Shown: in pieces, positions 18,378 to 26,070 of the stretch | How the letters are laid out: each line of letters starts with the position of its first letter | Position numbering within the stretch: the stretch's first letter is position 1 | From: a virus | Taxonomy: Duplodnaviria; Caudoviricetes | DNA length: 34,100 nt | Strand: one strand, 5' to 3' | IMG/VR virus record: IMGVR_UViG_3300012943_000187 | Coordinates: 1 to 34,100 of that record | The notes under the pieces: generated by a model | What the model saw: the letters and a program-made list of their open reading frames with translations, nothing else | Told to the model about the DNA's origin: nothing | Databases searched by the model: none | Made by a program: the position numbers and the translations under genes

Positions 18378-18979
18378 TATCCTACTCCTAGTAAATTTAA
18401 CCTACTCAAAAACGAAGTGGGAATTATGTTCCCTGCATTAAATGTGCCAAGTATATTATTAATATCCATATACATACCGAATACGTAATTCGTCGGGGTA
18501 GTATATGTGGAATCAGTTCTTGATGCTACTAAACTCCAGGCTCCAACTCCAGAGGCCTGTCTATATATTTCTATCGCTGACCCTAATCTACGAAATCCTA
18601 AATTATCACCAGTAACAAATGCCGATAGATTTATACTAGTGACCCCTAGTTTTGTCTCTACTCCAGCATCAACCCTTGCAATAAATGTCCTAGTGCTATC
18701 ACTCGTATCAAGCTGGAAATAATAACCGTTACCAAGTTCACCAGCTGCTGTTGTAAAATATAAACTAATCTGACTAGCAAGATTAACAAGAGGACACCAA
18801 AAATCAACATCTGGTCCAAATGTCCCAGCTACCCAATCCATTCCAAAATCACTTCCACTAGCTGGCTTTAATTGTTTAGAGACAATTCCTCCAGATCCGC
18901 TTAATACATTCCAATTAGACCCAACTGGCCCATCTGCTCTATTCCAATCATCTAATATTCCAACAGATGGGAATGCCAT
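18377..18979 (-). CDS. Lectin-like beta-sandwich virion accessory protein
   Basis: 200 aa; DDWNRADG.VGSNW, NGYY, GDNLGF, TDSTY..G..G pattern of concanavalin-like phage domains. Confidence 0.55.
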   Translation of the reverse strand: MAFPSVGILDDWNRADGPVGSNWNVLSGSGGIVSKQLKPASGSDFGMDWVAGTFGPDVDFWCPLVNLASQISLYFTTAAGELGNGYYFQLDTSDSTRTFIARVDAGVETKLGVTSINLSAFVTGDNLGFRRLGSAIEIYRQASGVGAWSLVASRTDSTYTTPTNYVFGMYMDINNILGTFNAGNIIPTSFLSRLNLLGVG

Positions 18980-20202
18980 TATACTTCAACGTATACTAAC
19001 TCTCCACCAACTGCAATTGCAGCTGAGAGGTTAAGATTTAGTAATGTATTGGCAGAAGTCTCAAACCAGCCAGCAGGATTAAATGGTGCAACTAATCCCA
19101 TATTAGCAACACAATACTTTAATCCAGTTAAATCAGTCCCGCCAGCCCCATCCTGAAACTTAGCATTAACAGTTCCATTAGAGATGAAGTTATATGCAAG
19201 GACTCGAATCTTTTTAGAAGTAACAGCAGCTACTAAAGTATTATTACCTGAACCAGATGCAGCAATCTTAGCAAACTTAGGGGTTAATGCTGTAGTTCCG
19301 TTATAGATAACATCAGTAGCTAATCCAGCTGCAACCTTACCGATTAAAGCAGTTCCAGTTGCAATAGTAGCAGTTACTAGAAACGACCCAGCCGTAATAG
19401 CTAATGAAACTAATCCTCTAAGATATTGCTGGATAGTTCCATTAGCATCAGTAATTACTTTAGCACCTGATGTAGTTCCAGCTACTCCAGCAACAGCCGC
19501 AAGATTTCCACCAGATTCTAATGCTAAAGCTGAAGTATTTAAATTGGTTCCAGCATTAGCAATGAATGCTGTATTACCAATTGAACCGCCAGCCTGGAAT
19601 GGAGTTCCGATTGCTGAGATTAAAGATGTTAATCTCTGAGCAATCCTCTGTAATCTTCCATTCAATCCAGATGAATTAGTATCATTAGTTGGAGCAGTCT
19701 CTGTTAATGCTCCTACTTTAGTATCAAAGTCAGATTCTGATAATCGACCACCTAAAGTAGATTCAGTAGCAGCACCAGTTGGTAAGGTAGAAGAAACTAC
19801 AGTAACATTATCAGTATCAACTCCAGTAATCTTGGAATCAATACTTTGTAATGCTGTAATCTCATCATCCTGTTTAGCAGAGGTAGCTGCACCTGAAGGT
19901 AAAGGTAATGATGCAGCAGTAACTGGTAAGGGATTAGAACTAGATACACCAACTGGACCACCTGAAGCTGGTAATCCAATTCCAACTAAATCAATATTCT
20001 TTGTTCCAGCTCCAGTATCAAAGTCTAATGACTGTTGACCTTTGGTTGGTAATAATCCATCAGAACCAATAGCAACAACATTAGCATCAGTAGATGGATC
20101 TCCAACTACTACAACCTGCCTATGTTGGCTATTAGCTGTTACCTGTGTATCTACCTTTTTACCAGTAGAATCAGCAGGAACCTGGACGTAATCTTGTGAC
20201 AT
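18979..20202 (-). CDS. Head/tail fibre-like accessory structural protein
   Basis: 407 aa low-complexity A/G/T/S; repeated LP(S/T)GAAT motifs; C-terminal jelly-roll (VAAVTSKKIRVLAY..GWFET..LNLNLS). Confidence 0.6.
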   Translation of the reverse strand: MSQDYVQVPADSTGKKVDTQVTANSQHRQVVVVGDPSTDANVVAIGSDGLLPTKGQQSLDFDTGAGTKNIDLVGIGLPASGGPVGVSSSNPLPVTAASLPLPSGAATSAKQDDEITALQSIDSKITGVDTDNVTVVSSTLPTGAATESTLGGRLSESDFDTKVGALTETAPTNDTNSSGLNGRLQRIAQRLTSLISAIGTPFQAGGSIGNTAFIANAGTNLNTSALALESGGNLAAVAGVAGTTSGAKVITDANGTIQQYLRGLVSLAITAGSFLVTATIATGTALIGKVAAGLATDVIYNGTTALTPKFAKIAASGSGNNTLVAAVTSKKIRVLAYNFISNGTVNAKFQDGAGGTDLTGLKYCVANMGLVAPFNPAGWFETSANTLLNLNLSAAIAVGGELVYVEV

Positions 20203-20477
20203 TATCTAGGTAACTGTTTACAATTGACACAGAGACGAAGGCCATCATGTGTCCGAGCTGTATTTATTGGAAGGATATCATTACACTTCTGACAAACAGC
20301 TTCATCATAAATAACTTGCTGAGGCTTACTTAAACTTCTACGAAGTCTTTCTAACATAACTCCATTATGCTTATACCATTTATTTGCATTTTGGATGAAG
20401 TTGTAGACCTTATATCCAGCTATTGCCAGAATAAGATTAACAACGATGCAATCAAACAGTAATAGTTTTGTAAGCAC
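20202..20477 (-). CDS. Membrane-anchored zinc-finger protein
   Basis: 91 aa; N-terminal TM, CQKC..CVNC. Confidence 0.55.
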   Translation of the reverse strand: MLTKLLLFDCIVVNLILAIAGYKVYNFIQNANKWYKHNGVMLERLRRSLSKPQQVIYDEAVCQKCNDILPINTARTHDGLRLCVNCKQLPR

Positions 20478-20964
20478 TTTCTTCTTTCATCGGCTGGATG
20501 TTAATCACAACCATCTGCTTATTACTTTTTCCGCCACCCTCATCATTACCATCAATAGTATTCAGAATATGATTCATATCCTTAGCAATCTTACTAGCCT
20601 CAACTGCATCAGTCTGATCTAAGTTACCAGCTACATGAACAATCGCCTGGGTAAGATTATCTAGTAACTGCTTCCTTAATAAATTCTTATCCTTCTTAGT
20701 CTCACCTTCTACTTTATCTCTTAAATCTGTATCTAACCTAAGCCCACCAACTAATCCTTTATTAGCATTCCTTACAGTAACAACAGAAGTATCTAATGCC
20801 TCAGCAACATTCTTAGCAGAGTCAAATTCAAACATAACTCCAGCCAGGACTCTTTCTTCATCAGTAAGTCTCGGCCGGCTCTGTCTAACTTGTCTCTCTT
20901 TTTCATTAACAACTAATTCAGTGGAGGTAATCCTCTGGATTAGTTGATCTTTAGTGATATACAT
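20452..20964 (-). CDS. Putative terminase small subunit (HTH)
   Basis: First late gene; HTH-like SAKNVAEALDTSVVTVRN, helical middle, C-terminal VVINI strand. Confidence 0.5.
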   Translation of the reverse strand: MYITKDQLIQRITSTELVVNEKERQVRQSRPRLTDEERVLAGVMFEFDSAKNVAEALDTSVVTVRNANKGLVGGLRLDTDLRDKVEGETKKDKNLLRKQLLDNLTQAIVHVAGNLDQTDAVEASKIAKDMNHILNTIDGNDEGGGKSNKQMVVINIQPMKEESAYKTITV

Positions 20965-21003
20965 ATCTAAATATATGAGACTCTACCTACCAAGTCCTCA
21001 CCT

Positions 21004-21032
21004 CTTATACCATAACCCTTAACCCAACGCAA
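21004..21032 (-). promoter_or_regulatory. Leftward (late operon) sigma70-type promoter
   Basis: Minus strand TTGCGT-17 bp-TATAAG with TG extended -10, ~40 bp upstream of first late gene. Confidence 0.6.
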
Positions 21033-21066
21033 CACGAAAATCCTAACAAAACCATATGTCCACAAC

Positions 21067-21084
21067 TGTCCCGAACTATGGACA
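21067..21084. promoter_or_regulatory. TGTCC-N8-GGACA operator
   Basis: TGTCCCGAACTATGGACA, 34 bp upstream of the late -35. Confidence 0.65.
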
Positions 21085-21510
21085 CTCCATCATAATTCTC
21101 TATTTATTTTTTCTTTTAATTTAATAGTTCCTAATTATGAGACTCTATCACTCTCCTATTTTATGTCCAGTCTCACGAGGGATTAATATTCCCGCGCGAA
21201 CTTATAGATATGAGACTCTAATAAAGATGGTGTATAGGGGGGAGGGCTTTTTATTTTTTGGGCGCTTTAGGTCATATGCAATAAATGTTATAACAATTAT
21301 ATCAAATGACCTATTCAATATTCTATGTGATTTAGATATTGACATTCATATTGACCTATGAGACAATGTATCCACGGTTGATTGATTGATTGCACATTGC
21401 ATGTATCAATCAGGCTGGCGGGAATAAGTAGACCTGGTTAGGTTAGTCGGACGGGATGATTACAAGGCCCCATTAATCTTCTAGCCTTCCGGTCTACTGA
21501 AAGAAAAAGG

Positions 21511-21540
21511 TTGACAAGCGAGTAAGACCTGAAGTAGAAT
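21511..21540 (+). promoter_or_regulatory. Early sigma70 promoter
   Basis: A-rich UP region, TTGACA-18 bp-TAGAAT. Confidence 0.7.
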
Positions 21541-21547
21541 TTCTTTA

Positions 21548-21617
21548 GTTGATTGAAACCGGATTGAAACGGTAAGCCGGGTAAATCAACGGTCAGCGGT
21601 TCTTTGACAACTGAATA
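21548..21617 (+). promoter_or_regulatory. Leader hairpin + boxA-like antitermination element
   Basis: GTTGATT..CCGG..CCGG..AATCAAC hairpin (21548-21590) followed by GTTCTTTGACAACTGAATA (21599-21617). Confidence 0.55.
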
Positions 21618-21620
21618 ATG

Positions 21621-21907
21621 AGATTGTGGATTCTCTAGGTTGCCTAGACTTGGAGAATTTATGAAAATCAATTGGCTACAGTTGGAAACCCGGATTAACG
21701 GTGTTTTGAATACTGCTAGGGATTTACCGGCTGATAAAGAATCAGTCTACGATCTCGCTATTCTTATGGAAGAATTAAGCGAGATTATGGGCCAAGAATT
21801 GGGTAGAGGCTATGTAATTGGAGAAGGCTGGTCTACTAGATTTATCGGAGACTTGCCAGATAGAAAAAAGTAAAATCAATTCAGGCAACCTATAGACTCC
21901 ACAATCT
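21621..21907 (+). repeat. 25-bp long-range inverted repeat enclosing one gene
   Basis: 21621-21645 AGATTGTGGATTCTCTAGGTTGCCT vs 21883-21907 AGGCAACCTATAGACTCCACAATCT (2 mismatches). Confidence 0.85.
21661..21873 (+). CDS. First early gene, hypothetical
   Basis: ATG with GGAGA RBS; 70 aa MKINWLQ... Confidence 0.65.
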   Translation: MKINWLQLETRINGVLNTARDLPADKESVYDLAILMEELSEIMGQELGRGYVIGEGWSTRFIGDLPDRKK

Positions 21908-21936
21908 AGTGAGAGTTCTTTACAGGAGAAAACACA

Positions 21937-22401
21937 ATGGAAACGAACGAAACGAACGTGGAAACCCTTCCAATCGTCCTGCACGAGACTCGCATTGCCC
22001 GTAGAGGTAAAGGTGCTAAGGGTAGTGTGGAATGTCAGACAATTGGAAAGCCGGTCTGCCCTGAAGGTTCTTTGATTGCCAAGACTTTCGATTACTCGGA
22101 TACGGAGAAATTCGATACCGAGCAATTGATTGAGAAGGCTAAAGAACTCGGAAACCTTAATCGTATCCTTGCAATGGGTATGGATATGATTTTGCGTAAG
22201 TCTGCCATCGCATCTGGCAACGAAAAGACTATGCTTAGGATGCGATTGGTTAAGGAGGGATTGGCCGATAAGAAATCCTCTGTCGCAGTTGCACAAGCAA
22301 TGATTGCAGCTCGGAATGCTATGGGCTTGTCATTCGACGAATTGATTACCGCTCGGAAGGCGAAAATGGAAAAGGATAAGGTAGCGTCAGGGGCAAAGTA
22401 A
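21937..22401 (+). CDS. Early hypothetical protein (possible paralogue of 29688..30221)
   Basis: 154 aa; AGGAG RBS. Confidence 0.8.
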   Translation: METNETNVETLPIVLHETRIARRGKGAKGSVECQTIGKPVCPEGSLIAKTFDYSDTEKFDTEQLIEKAKELGNLNRILAMGMDMILRKSAIASGNEKTMLRMRLVKEGLADKKSSVAVAQAMIAARNAMGLSFDELITARKAKMEKDKVASGAK

Positions 22402-22410
22402 TTGCTTAGA

Positions 22411-22451
22411 TTCTGTTCTGGATTAGACTTAATATCTACTCCAGAACAGAA
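22411..22451 (+). terminator. Long hairpin (terminator or RNase III-type site)
   Basis: TTCTGTTCTGGA / TCCAGAACAGAA 12-bp stem directly after stop. Confidence 0.55.
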
Positions 22452-22502
22452 ATGTGAGCAATCACAGAGAATCCAAACCTTAAAAGTAGTGTGAAAACGC
22501 CC

Positions 22503-22520
22503 CGTCCTAAAAAGTGGACA
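22503..22520. promoter_or_regulatory. GTCC-N8-GGAC operator
   Basis: CGTCCTAAAAAGTGGACA. Confidence 0.55.
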
Positions 22521-22585
22521 TAGGATAGGGCATTTAACAAAACGTCAATGACGCGAATTCCATGCCATAAATTTTCGTGAATTTT

Positions 22586-22651
22586 TATGGTATCCTTATA
22601 GTAACCATATGATAACCTTATGGTATCTTTATGGTCCCTATATGGTATGCG
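22586..22651 (+). repeat. Six tandem 11-bp repeats (TATGGTAxCxx consensus), left array
   Basis: TATGGTATCCT TATAGTAACCA TATGATAACCT TATGGTATCTT TATGGTCCCTA TATGGTATGCG. Confidence 0.9.
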
Positions 22652-22659
22652 TCTGACGC

Positions 22660-22672
22660 TAAGTGCTTGATA
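22660..22672 (-). promoter_or_regulatory. IHF-consensus site
   Basis: Minus strand TATCAAGCACTTA matches WATCAANNNNTTR exactly; mirror site GGTCAACGGGTTA at 22928-22940. Confidence 0.5.
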
Positions 22673-22853
22673 CACAAGGGGTTAGCCTTGACCACACTCC
22701 CTCTTACCCATGATTTTTCATGGGCTAGTGTCCTCTTTGGGTGACACGTTTTTGTGGGGTTGTTCTTATATTATATATAAAAAAATATATAAAAAGAACA
22801 ACAAAACCCAATAACTACACCTAAAATCTAGACCTAAAGATACAAAAGAGAGG

Positions 22854-22901
22854 TGTCCTCAACTTGAGACACTTGACCATTTTGGAGTGTCATGGTAGGA
22901 T
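22854..22901 (+). promoter_or_regulatory. Operator + sigma70 promoter
   Basis: TGTCCTCAACTTGAGACA, then TTGACC-17 bp-TAGGAT with TG extended -10. Confidence 0.55.
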
Positions 22902-22948
22902 AGGGGGGAGAAGGCTAACTCTAGGACGGTCAACGGGTTAGCAGGGAA

Positions 22949-23014
22949 TCGATACCATATAGACACCATAAGGATACCATATAGGCCCCATATACACACC
23001 ATAACAGTACCATA
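22949..23014 (-). repeat. Six tandem 11-bp repeats, right array (inverted relative to left)
   Basis: CCATA ends at 22959, 22970, 22981, 22992, 23003, 23014. Confidence 0.9.
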
Positions 23015-23200
23015 AGGTTAGGCGTCAAAATATTGACATTGGGTTAAAAGTAGTGGTTTAAGCATGTAAAGATATTAGAAAACATGGTAAAGTAGTGTCA
23101 ATCGGTCGGGCGAGACTGTCCTAAATTGATTGCATTTTGGATTGTAGTTACTAGCAAAGGTTAGTAGCTAAAACTAAGAATACAATCAAAGAGGATAATT

Positions 23201-23350
23201 ATGGTTATTCAAGGATTTTACGTAGTTGTTAAAGAAATTTCACAAGGTATTATAGTATGGTTTAGATATTATAACGATACCGTGCTGATTCGTAGTTTTG
23301 ATACTTTGCAGGAGGCTATTCCAGCTATTGTAGATTGGGGTAAGTTATGA
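23201..23350 (+). CDS. Small hypothetical protein (49 aa), not in ORF track
   Basis: GAGGA RBS; MVIQGFYVVVKE... Confidence 0.6.
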   Translation: MVIQGFYVVVKEISQGIIVWFRYYNDTVLIRSFDTLQEAIPAIVDWGKL

Positions 23351-23475
23351 TGTTTGATAATCAGGCACTATGGCGTGCAAATATCTATCTTGAAGCTCTA
23401 CAATCAAGATATTGTGCTGATGAATGGGTAAAGGGTTATGCGGAATCTTACCTGTTTTGGCTTGCGAGGGTATGA
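23347..23475 (+). CDS. Small hypothetical protein (42 aa), not in ORF track
   Basis: ATGA-coupled on both sides; MMFDNQALWRAN... Confidence 0.55.
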   Translation: MMFDNQALWRANIYLEALQSRYCADEWVKGYAESYLFWLARV

Positions 23476-23642
23476 TGATAATCTCATATAAGGTATACAG
23501 GCCAAATAGCCTACACTTCAAAGATATTCAACTATGTGGAGAGTTCGATAGCATAGATGAACTAATCAAACGCTATCGAATGGTAGAGAATCCACGCGGA
23601 TGGTATATCGTCCCACTTTCAATCAAAGTAGAAAAGGAATAA
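23472..23642 (+). CDS. Small hypothetical protein
   Basis: Start moved to MMIISYK (GAGG RBS, ATGA overlap). Confidence 0.6.
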   Translation: MMIISYKVYRPNSLHFKDIQLCGEFDSIDELIKRYRMVENPRGWYIVPLSIKVEKE

Positions 23643-23643
23643 A

Positions 23644-23802
23644 ATGAAAATCTATTATACAGATGAAATGATTGCCAAGAACGAACCTAGGCCAAAGATT
23701 AGTCTTGAATCTAATATGACCTTAGAAGTAATTGTTGCTGTAGCATGTTTGGCAACGATTACCGCGGCAGTTTTTCTTATCTGTTATGCGCTGGTGAATT
23801 AA
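23644..23802 (+). CDS. Small C-terminal-TM protein (52 aa), not in ORF track
   Basis: AAGGA RBS; MKIYYTDE...VIVAVACLATITAAVFLICYALVN. Confidence 0.6.
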   Translation: MKIYYTDEMIAKNEPRPKISLESNMTLEVIVAVACLATITAAVFLICYALVN

Positions 23803-23811
23803 GGAGGTAAC

Positions 23812-23883
23812 ATGGCTAATGTTAAGTTTGCTAATAATCCGAGGTTGGTTATTGTCAGTTCTGGTAGGAAGGATAAGAAATGA
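23812..23883 (+). CDS. 23-aa peptide
   Basis: Perfect AAGGAGGT RBS; MANVKFANNPRLVIVSSGRKDKK. Confidence 0.5.
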   Translation: MANVKFANNPRLVIVSSGRKDKK

Positions 23884-24089
23884 GATTTAATTATAGTACG
23901 GATTATCATAACGCTAAAGATCATATTTATGGTATAGCTCATAATATGGGTAAAGATAGAGAGGAGCAAATTAAGTTAGTTGACGAATTACATAAAATTG
24001 AAATGAGATACTTAACTAATAAAAGTAGTAAAGAAGAAACTATTAAAGAAATGCTTTACATATTAGTTAATACTTTAAATGAAGGATAA
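23880..24089 (+). CDS. AT-rich hypothetical protein, direct-repeat flanked
   Basis: 69 aa; GAAGGATAAGAA at both ends. Confidence 0.65.
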   Translation: MRFNYSTDYHNAKDHIYGIAHNMGKDREEQIKLVDELHKIEMRYLTNKSSKEETIKEMLYILVNTLNEG

Positions 24090-24109
24090 GAAGTAATTCA
24101 TAAATTGCA

Positions 24110-24153
24110 TCTGCTCTTGGGCTTACTGTAAGTATATTAAATCCAAGAGCAGA
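24110..24153 (+). other. Intergenic hairpin (processing site or terminator)
   Basis: TCTGCTCTTGG / CCAAGAGCAGA 11-bp stem; arm resembles the 22411 hairpin arm. Confidence 0.55.
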
Positions 24154-24169
24154 GTGGAGGTTATGAGTT

Positions 24170-24388
24170 ATGGCTTTTGGCAGTCAGAATAAGTCTAACT
24201 GGAAAATTACTATTGAGCATGGAGATATACCAGATTATCTTTATGAAAACTCAATAGCTAAGAATCCTAAATTTACAGCTGAAGTTAATACAACATCATT
24301 TAAAAAAGATTTTAAAGAAAAGGATATCTTAGATTGGTATTCTAGGGCATATCCTCACAGTAAAGTAATTAAGATTGAAAGGTTATGA
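24170..24388 (+). CDS. Hypothetical protein, direct-repeat flanked
   Basis: 72 aa; AGGTTATGAGTTATG at both ends. Confidence 0.65.
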   Translation: MAFGSQNKSNWKITIEHGDIPDYLYENSIAKNPKFTAEVNTTSFKKDFKEKDILDWYSRAYPHSKVIKIERL

Positions 24389-24391
24389 GTT

Positions 24392-24562
24392 ATGCCTGAG
24401 TGGTATTTAGTTGAGATAGACACAATCGCTGATGATGATGGAACTGAATTTAGATGGATGATTCCATTCAACTCTCTAGATGAGTTAATGACGTACAAGC
24501 TAAAGCACTTTAAAGCTAAGTATGCCATTAAATACATTCCAGATGAATTGCCTATTCTGTAA
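24392..24562 (+). CDS. Small hypothetical protein (56 aa), not in ORF track
   Basis: MPEWYLVEIDTIADDDG...DELPIL. Confidence 0.6.
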   Translation: MPEWYLVEIDTIADDDGTEFRWMIPFNSLDELMTYKLKHFKAKYAIKYIPDELPIL

Positions 24563-25271
24563 TGATGAGTATCCAGAACCATATTACAGGTTTTGTTTTG
24601 GTAGATATTGCCAGGCACAACATTACTGGCTATTTGAATTAGGGATTAGATTAGGATATAACAATCCAGTTAATGATAATGGACTGTATCCTAATCTAAC
24701 CTTAACGGAAGGACTGCGAATAATGGCGGATAAGTCACCTTACGATATCGATAAAGACGTTTACAATGCTTGGTTGGGAGATAAGATAATTGAGATCGAA
24801 GCATTAACTAAGGATGCTATCGAAGCTAGGATTATGGAAATCGCTAAGATTGAATTCCTAGCTAAAAGAGAATGGGCTATGCTCCATCAGCAATATGATA
24901 AGCTGGTCGGTCGTAAATCTATCCCACCTTGGCTTAAGGCTGAACGTGATAGCCTAATTAAAGAGCCTAACTTTAAAGTTGATTCTAACGCCGAACCTAG
25001 ACCTAAGAATAAAGAATCCAAGAAAGAAAAGGAAGCTAGGGATATCAAGAACCTTTTAGGTATTGATATGAGGGATATCCTAGCCTCTGCTAAGAGTAAG
25101 GATAAAGAGAATAAGTCTGAGGCTAAAGCCAAGCCTGGTATTCTTGATAACCTGATTGGTGATTTGGTTAATAAGAATCCTAGAGTTGAGCCTAAAGTAG
25201 AATTAACTCCAGAAGAAAAGAAAGCTAAGGCTGATGCTTTTAGAGCCAAGATGTTGGCAGGTAAGAAATGA
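24522..25271 (+). CDS. Hypothetical protein, Lys/Glu-rich C-terminus (start uncertain: 24543 or 24723 possible)
   Basis: 249 aa ORF; N-terminal Cys cluster; internal MADKS with GGAAGGA upstream. Confidence 0.7.
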   Translation: MPLNTFQMNCLFCNDEYPEPYYRFCFGRYCQAQHYWLFELGIRLGYNNPVNDNGLYPNLTLTEGLRIMADKSPYDIDKDVYNAWLGDKIIEIEALTKDAIEARIMEIAKIEFLAKREWAMLHQQYDKLVGRKSIPPWLKAERDSLIKEPNFKVDSNAEPRPKNKESKKEKEARDIKNLLGIDMRDILASAKSKDKENKSEAKAKPGILDNLIGDLVNKNPRVEPKVELTPEEKKAKADAFRAKMLAGKK

Positions 25272-25441
25272 AAACAATCATAACATTTAATGATGGTAAG
25301 GTTGTTGAGTATGGATATTGTTATCCATGTATTGGTAGATTTGATATTCACATTAGACGTAAGGATGACAGTAAATTTATTGCTCAGCATAGTAAGATTG
25401 GTATCCTTAAAGTAGAGGTTATATTGAGAGATGAAGAATAA
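25268..25441 (+). CDS. Small hypothetical protein (57 aa), not in ORF track
   Basis: ATGA-coupled; MKTIITFNDGKVVEY... Confidence 0.55.
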   Translation: MKTIITFNDGKVVEYGYCYPCIGRFDIHIRRKDDSKFIAQHSKIGILKVEVILRDEE

Positions 25442-25622
25442 ACTTAGATATCAGAAACGTATTCCAGGCGGTAGGAAATCAGTAGGAACTGGAGTAGAAA
25501 AGAAGATTAAAGATACTATTGAGCATCTTGCTAGGTCTGAAGGATGCACTAAATCGTTTGTCATTACCTATTTCCTATGTAAAGGGATGGGTATTAAGAT
25601 GGGAAAGGATGAGGTTATTTGA
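25431..25622 (+). CDS. Ribbon-helix-helix (CopG/Arc-like) DNA-binding protein
   Basis: 63 aa; RKSVGTGV strand then IKDTIEHLARSEGCTKSFVITYFL, an RHH pattern (L..A...G.(S/T).S..I). Confidence 0.55.
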   Translation: MKNKLRYQKRIPGGRKSVGTGVEKKIKDTIEHLARSEGCTKSFVITYFLCKGMGIKMGKDEVI

Positions 25623-25816
25623 TGACTTATTTAACACCAGAAGAAAATGAAAAATATGAGTATGAAAAGAAATGTAGAGAACTACTAGATTTATTCCAAG
25701 TACTTGTAGAGAAGATTGTAGCAAATTACAAGTCTCCAGATATTGAGGATTCTGTAGCAGTAATAAATGCTAAACAAGCTATTATGGATTGGCTAGTTAA
25801 TATTGGGCAAAGCTAA
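25622..25816 (+). CDS. Hypothetical protein, direct-repeat flanked
   Basis: 64 aa; GAGGTTATTTGATG at the start and just after the end. Confidence 0.6.
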   Translation: MTYLTPEENEKYEYEKKCRELLDLFQVLVEKIVANYKSPDIEDSVAVINAKQAIMDWLVNIGQS

Positions 25817-25832
25817 ACGTAGAGGTTATTTG

Positions 25833-26069
25833 ATGTCTATTGTATTTAATACTAAGTTCTTCGATATAAGGATTGTGGAAAAGGTAGGTAATCATAACCA
25901 TTATGTAATCATGAATAAGCCAGATGCGATTGCTGTTCTTGGTTATATTAACTGGTTTCCTAGATGGAGAAAGTATGTATTCACTACTAATCACCATGAT
26001 GTAACCATTTTTGATGCTACATGCTTAAAGGATATTGTAAAGTTCTTGGAATCTTTAGAGGAGAAATAA
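25833..26069 (+). CDS. Hypothetical phage protein
   Basis: MSIVFNTK..; LGYINWFPRWRKYVF..FDATCLKDIVKFL conserved-looking phage motif. Confidence 0.7.
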   Translation: MSIVFNTKFFDIRIVEKVGNHNHYVIMNKPDAIAVLGYINWFPRWRKYVFTTNHHDVTIFDATCLKDIVKFLESLEEK

Positions 26070-26070
26070 A

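Larger units (their letters stand above)
20974..21220 (+). repeat. Three exact copies of TATGAGACTCTA
   Basis: 20974-20985, 21136-21147, 21209-21220; partial TATGAGAC at 21357-21364. Confidence 0.85.
22586..23014. other. Dyad-symmetric element, candidate replication origin
   Basis: Repeat arrays, IHF-like sites and operators all mirror about position 22800; 30-bp pure A/T run at 22766-22795. Confidence 0.55.

Noticed and set aside
21137-22675. ORFs 21137..21361(+), 21438..21671(-), 21775..22296(-), 22436..22675(-)
   Set aside because: They overlap regulatory repeats/promoters or lie antisense to better-supported genes; no convincing RBS
22586-23014. CRISPR array or protelomerase telRL site
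   Set aside because: Repeats are 11 bp and contiguous with no spacers; symmetry is positional rather than a perfect palindrome at the centre, and no protelomerase is visible
23117-23134. Seventh TGTCC-N8-GGACA operator
   Set aside because: Only the left half-site matches (TGTCC..TTGCA)
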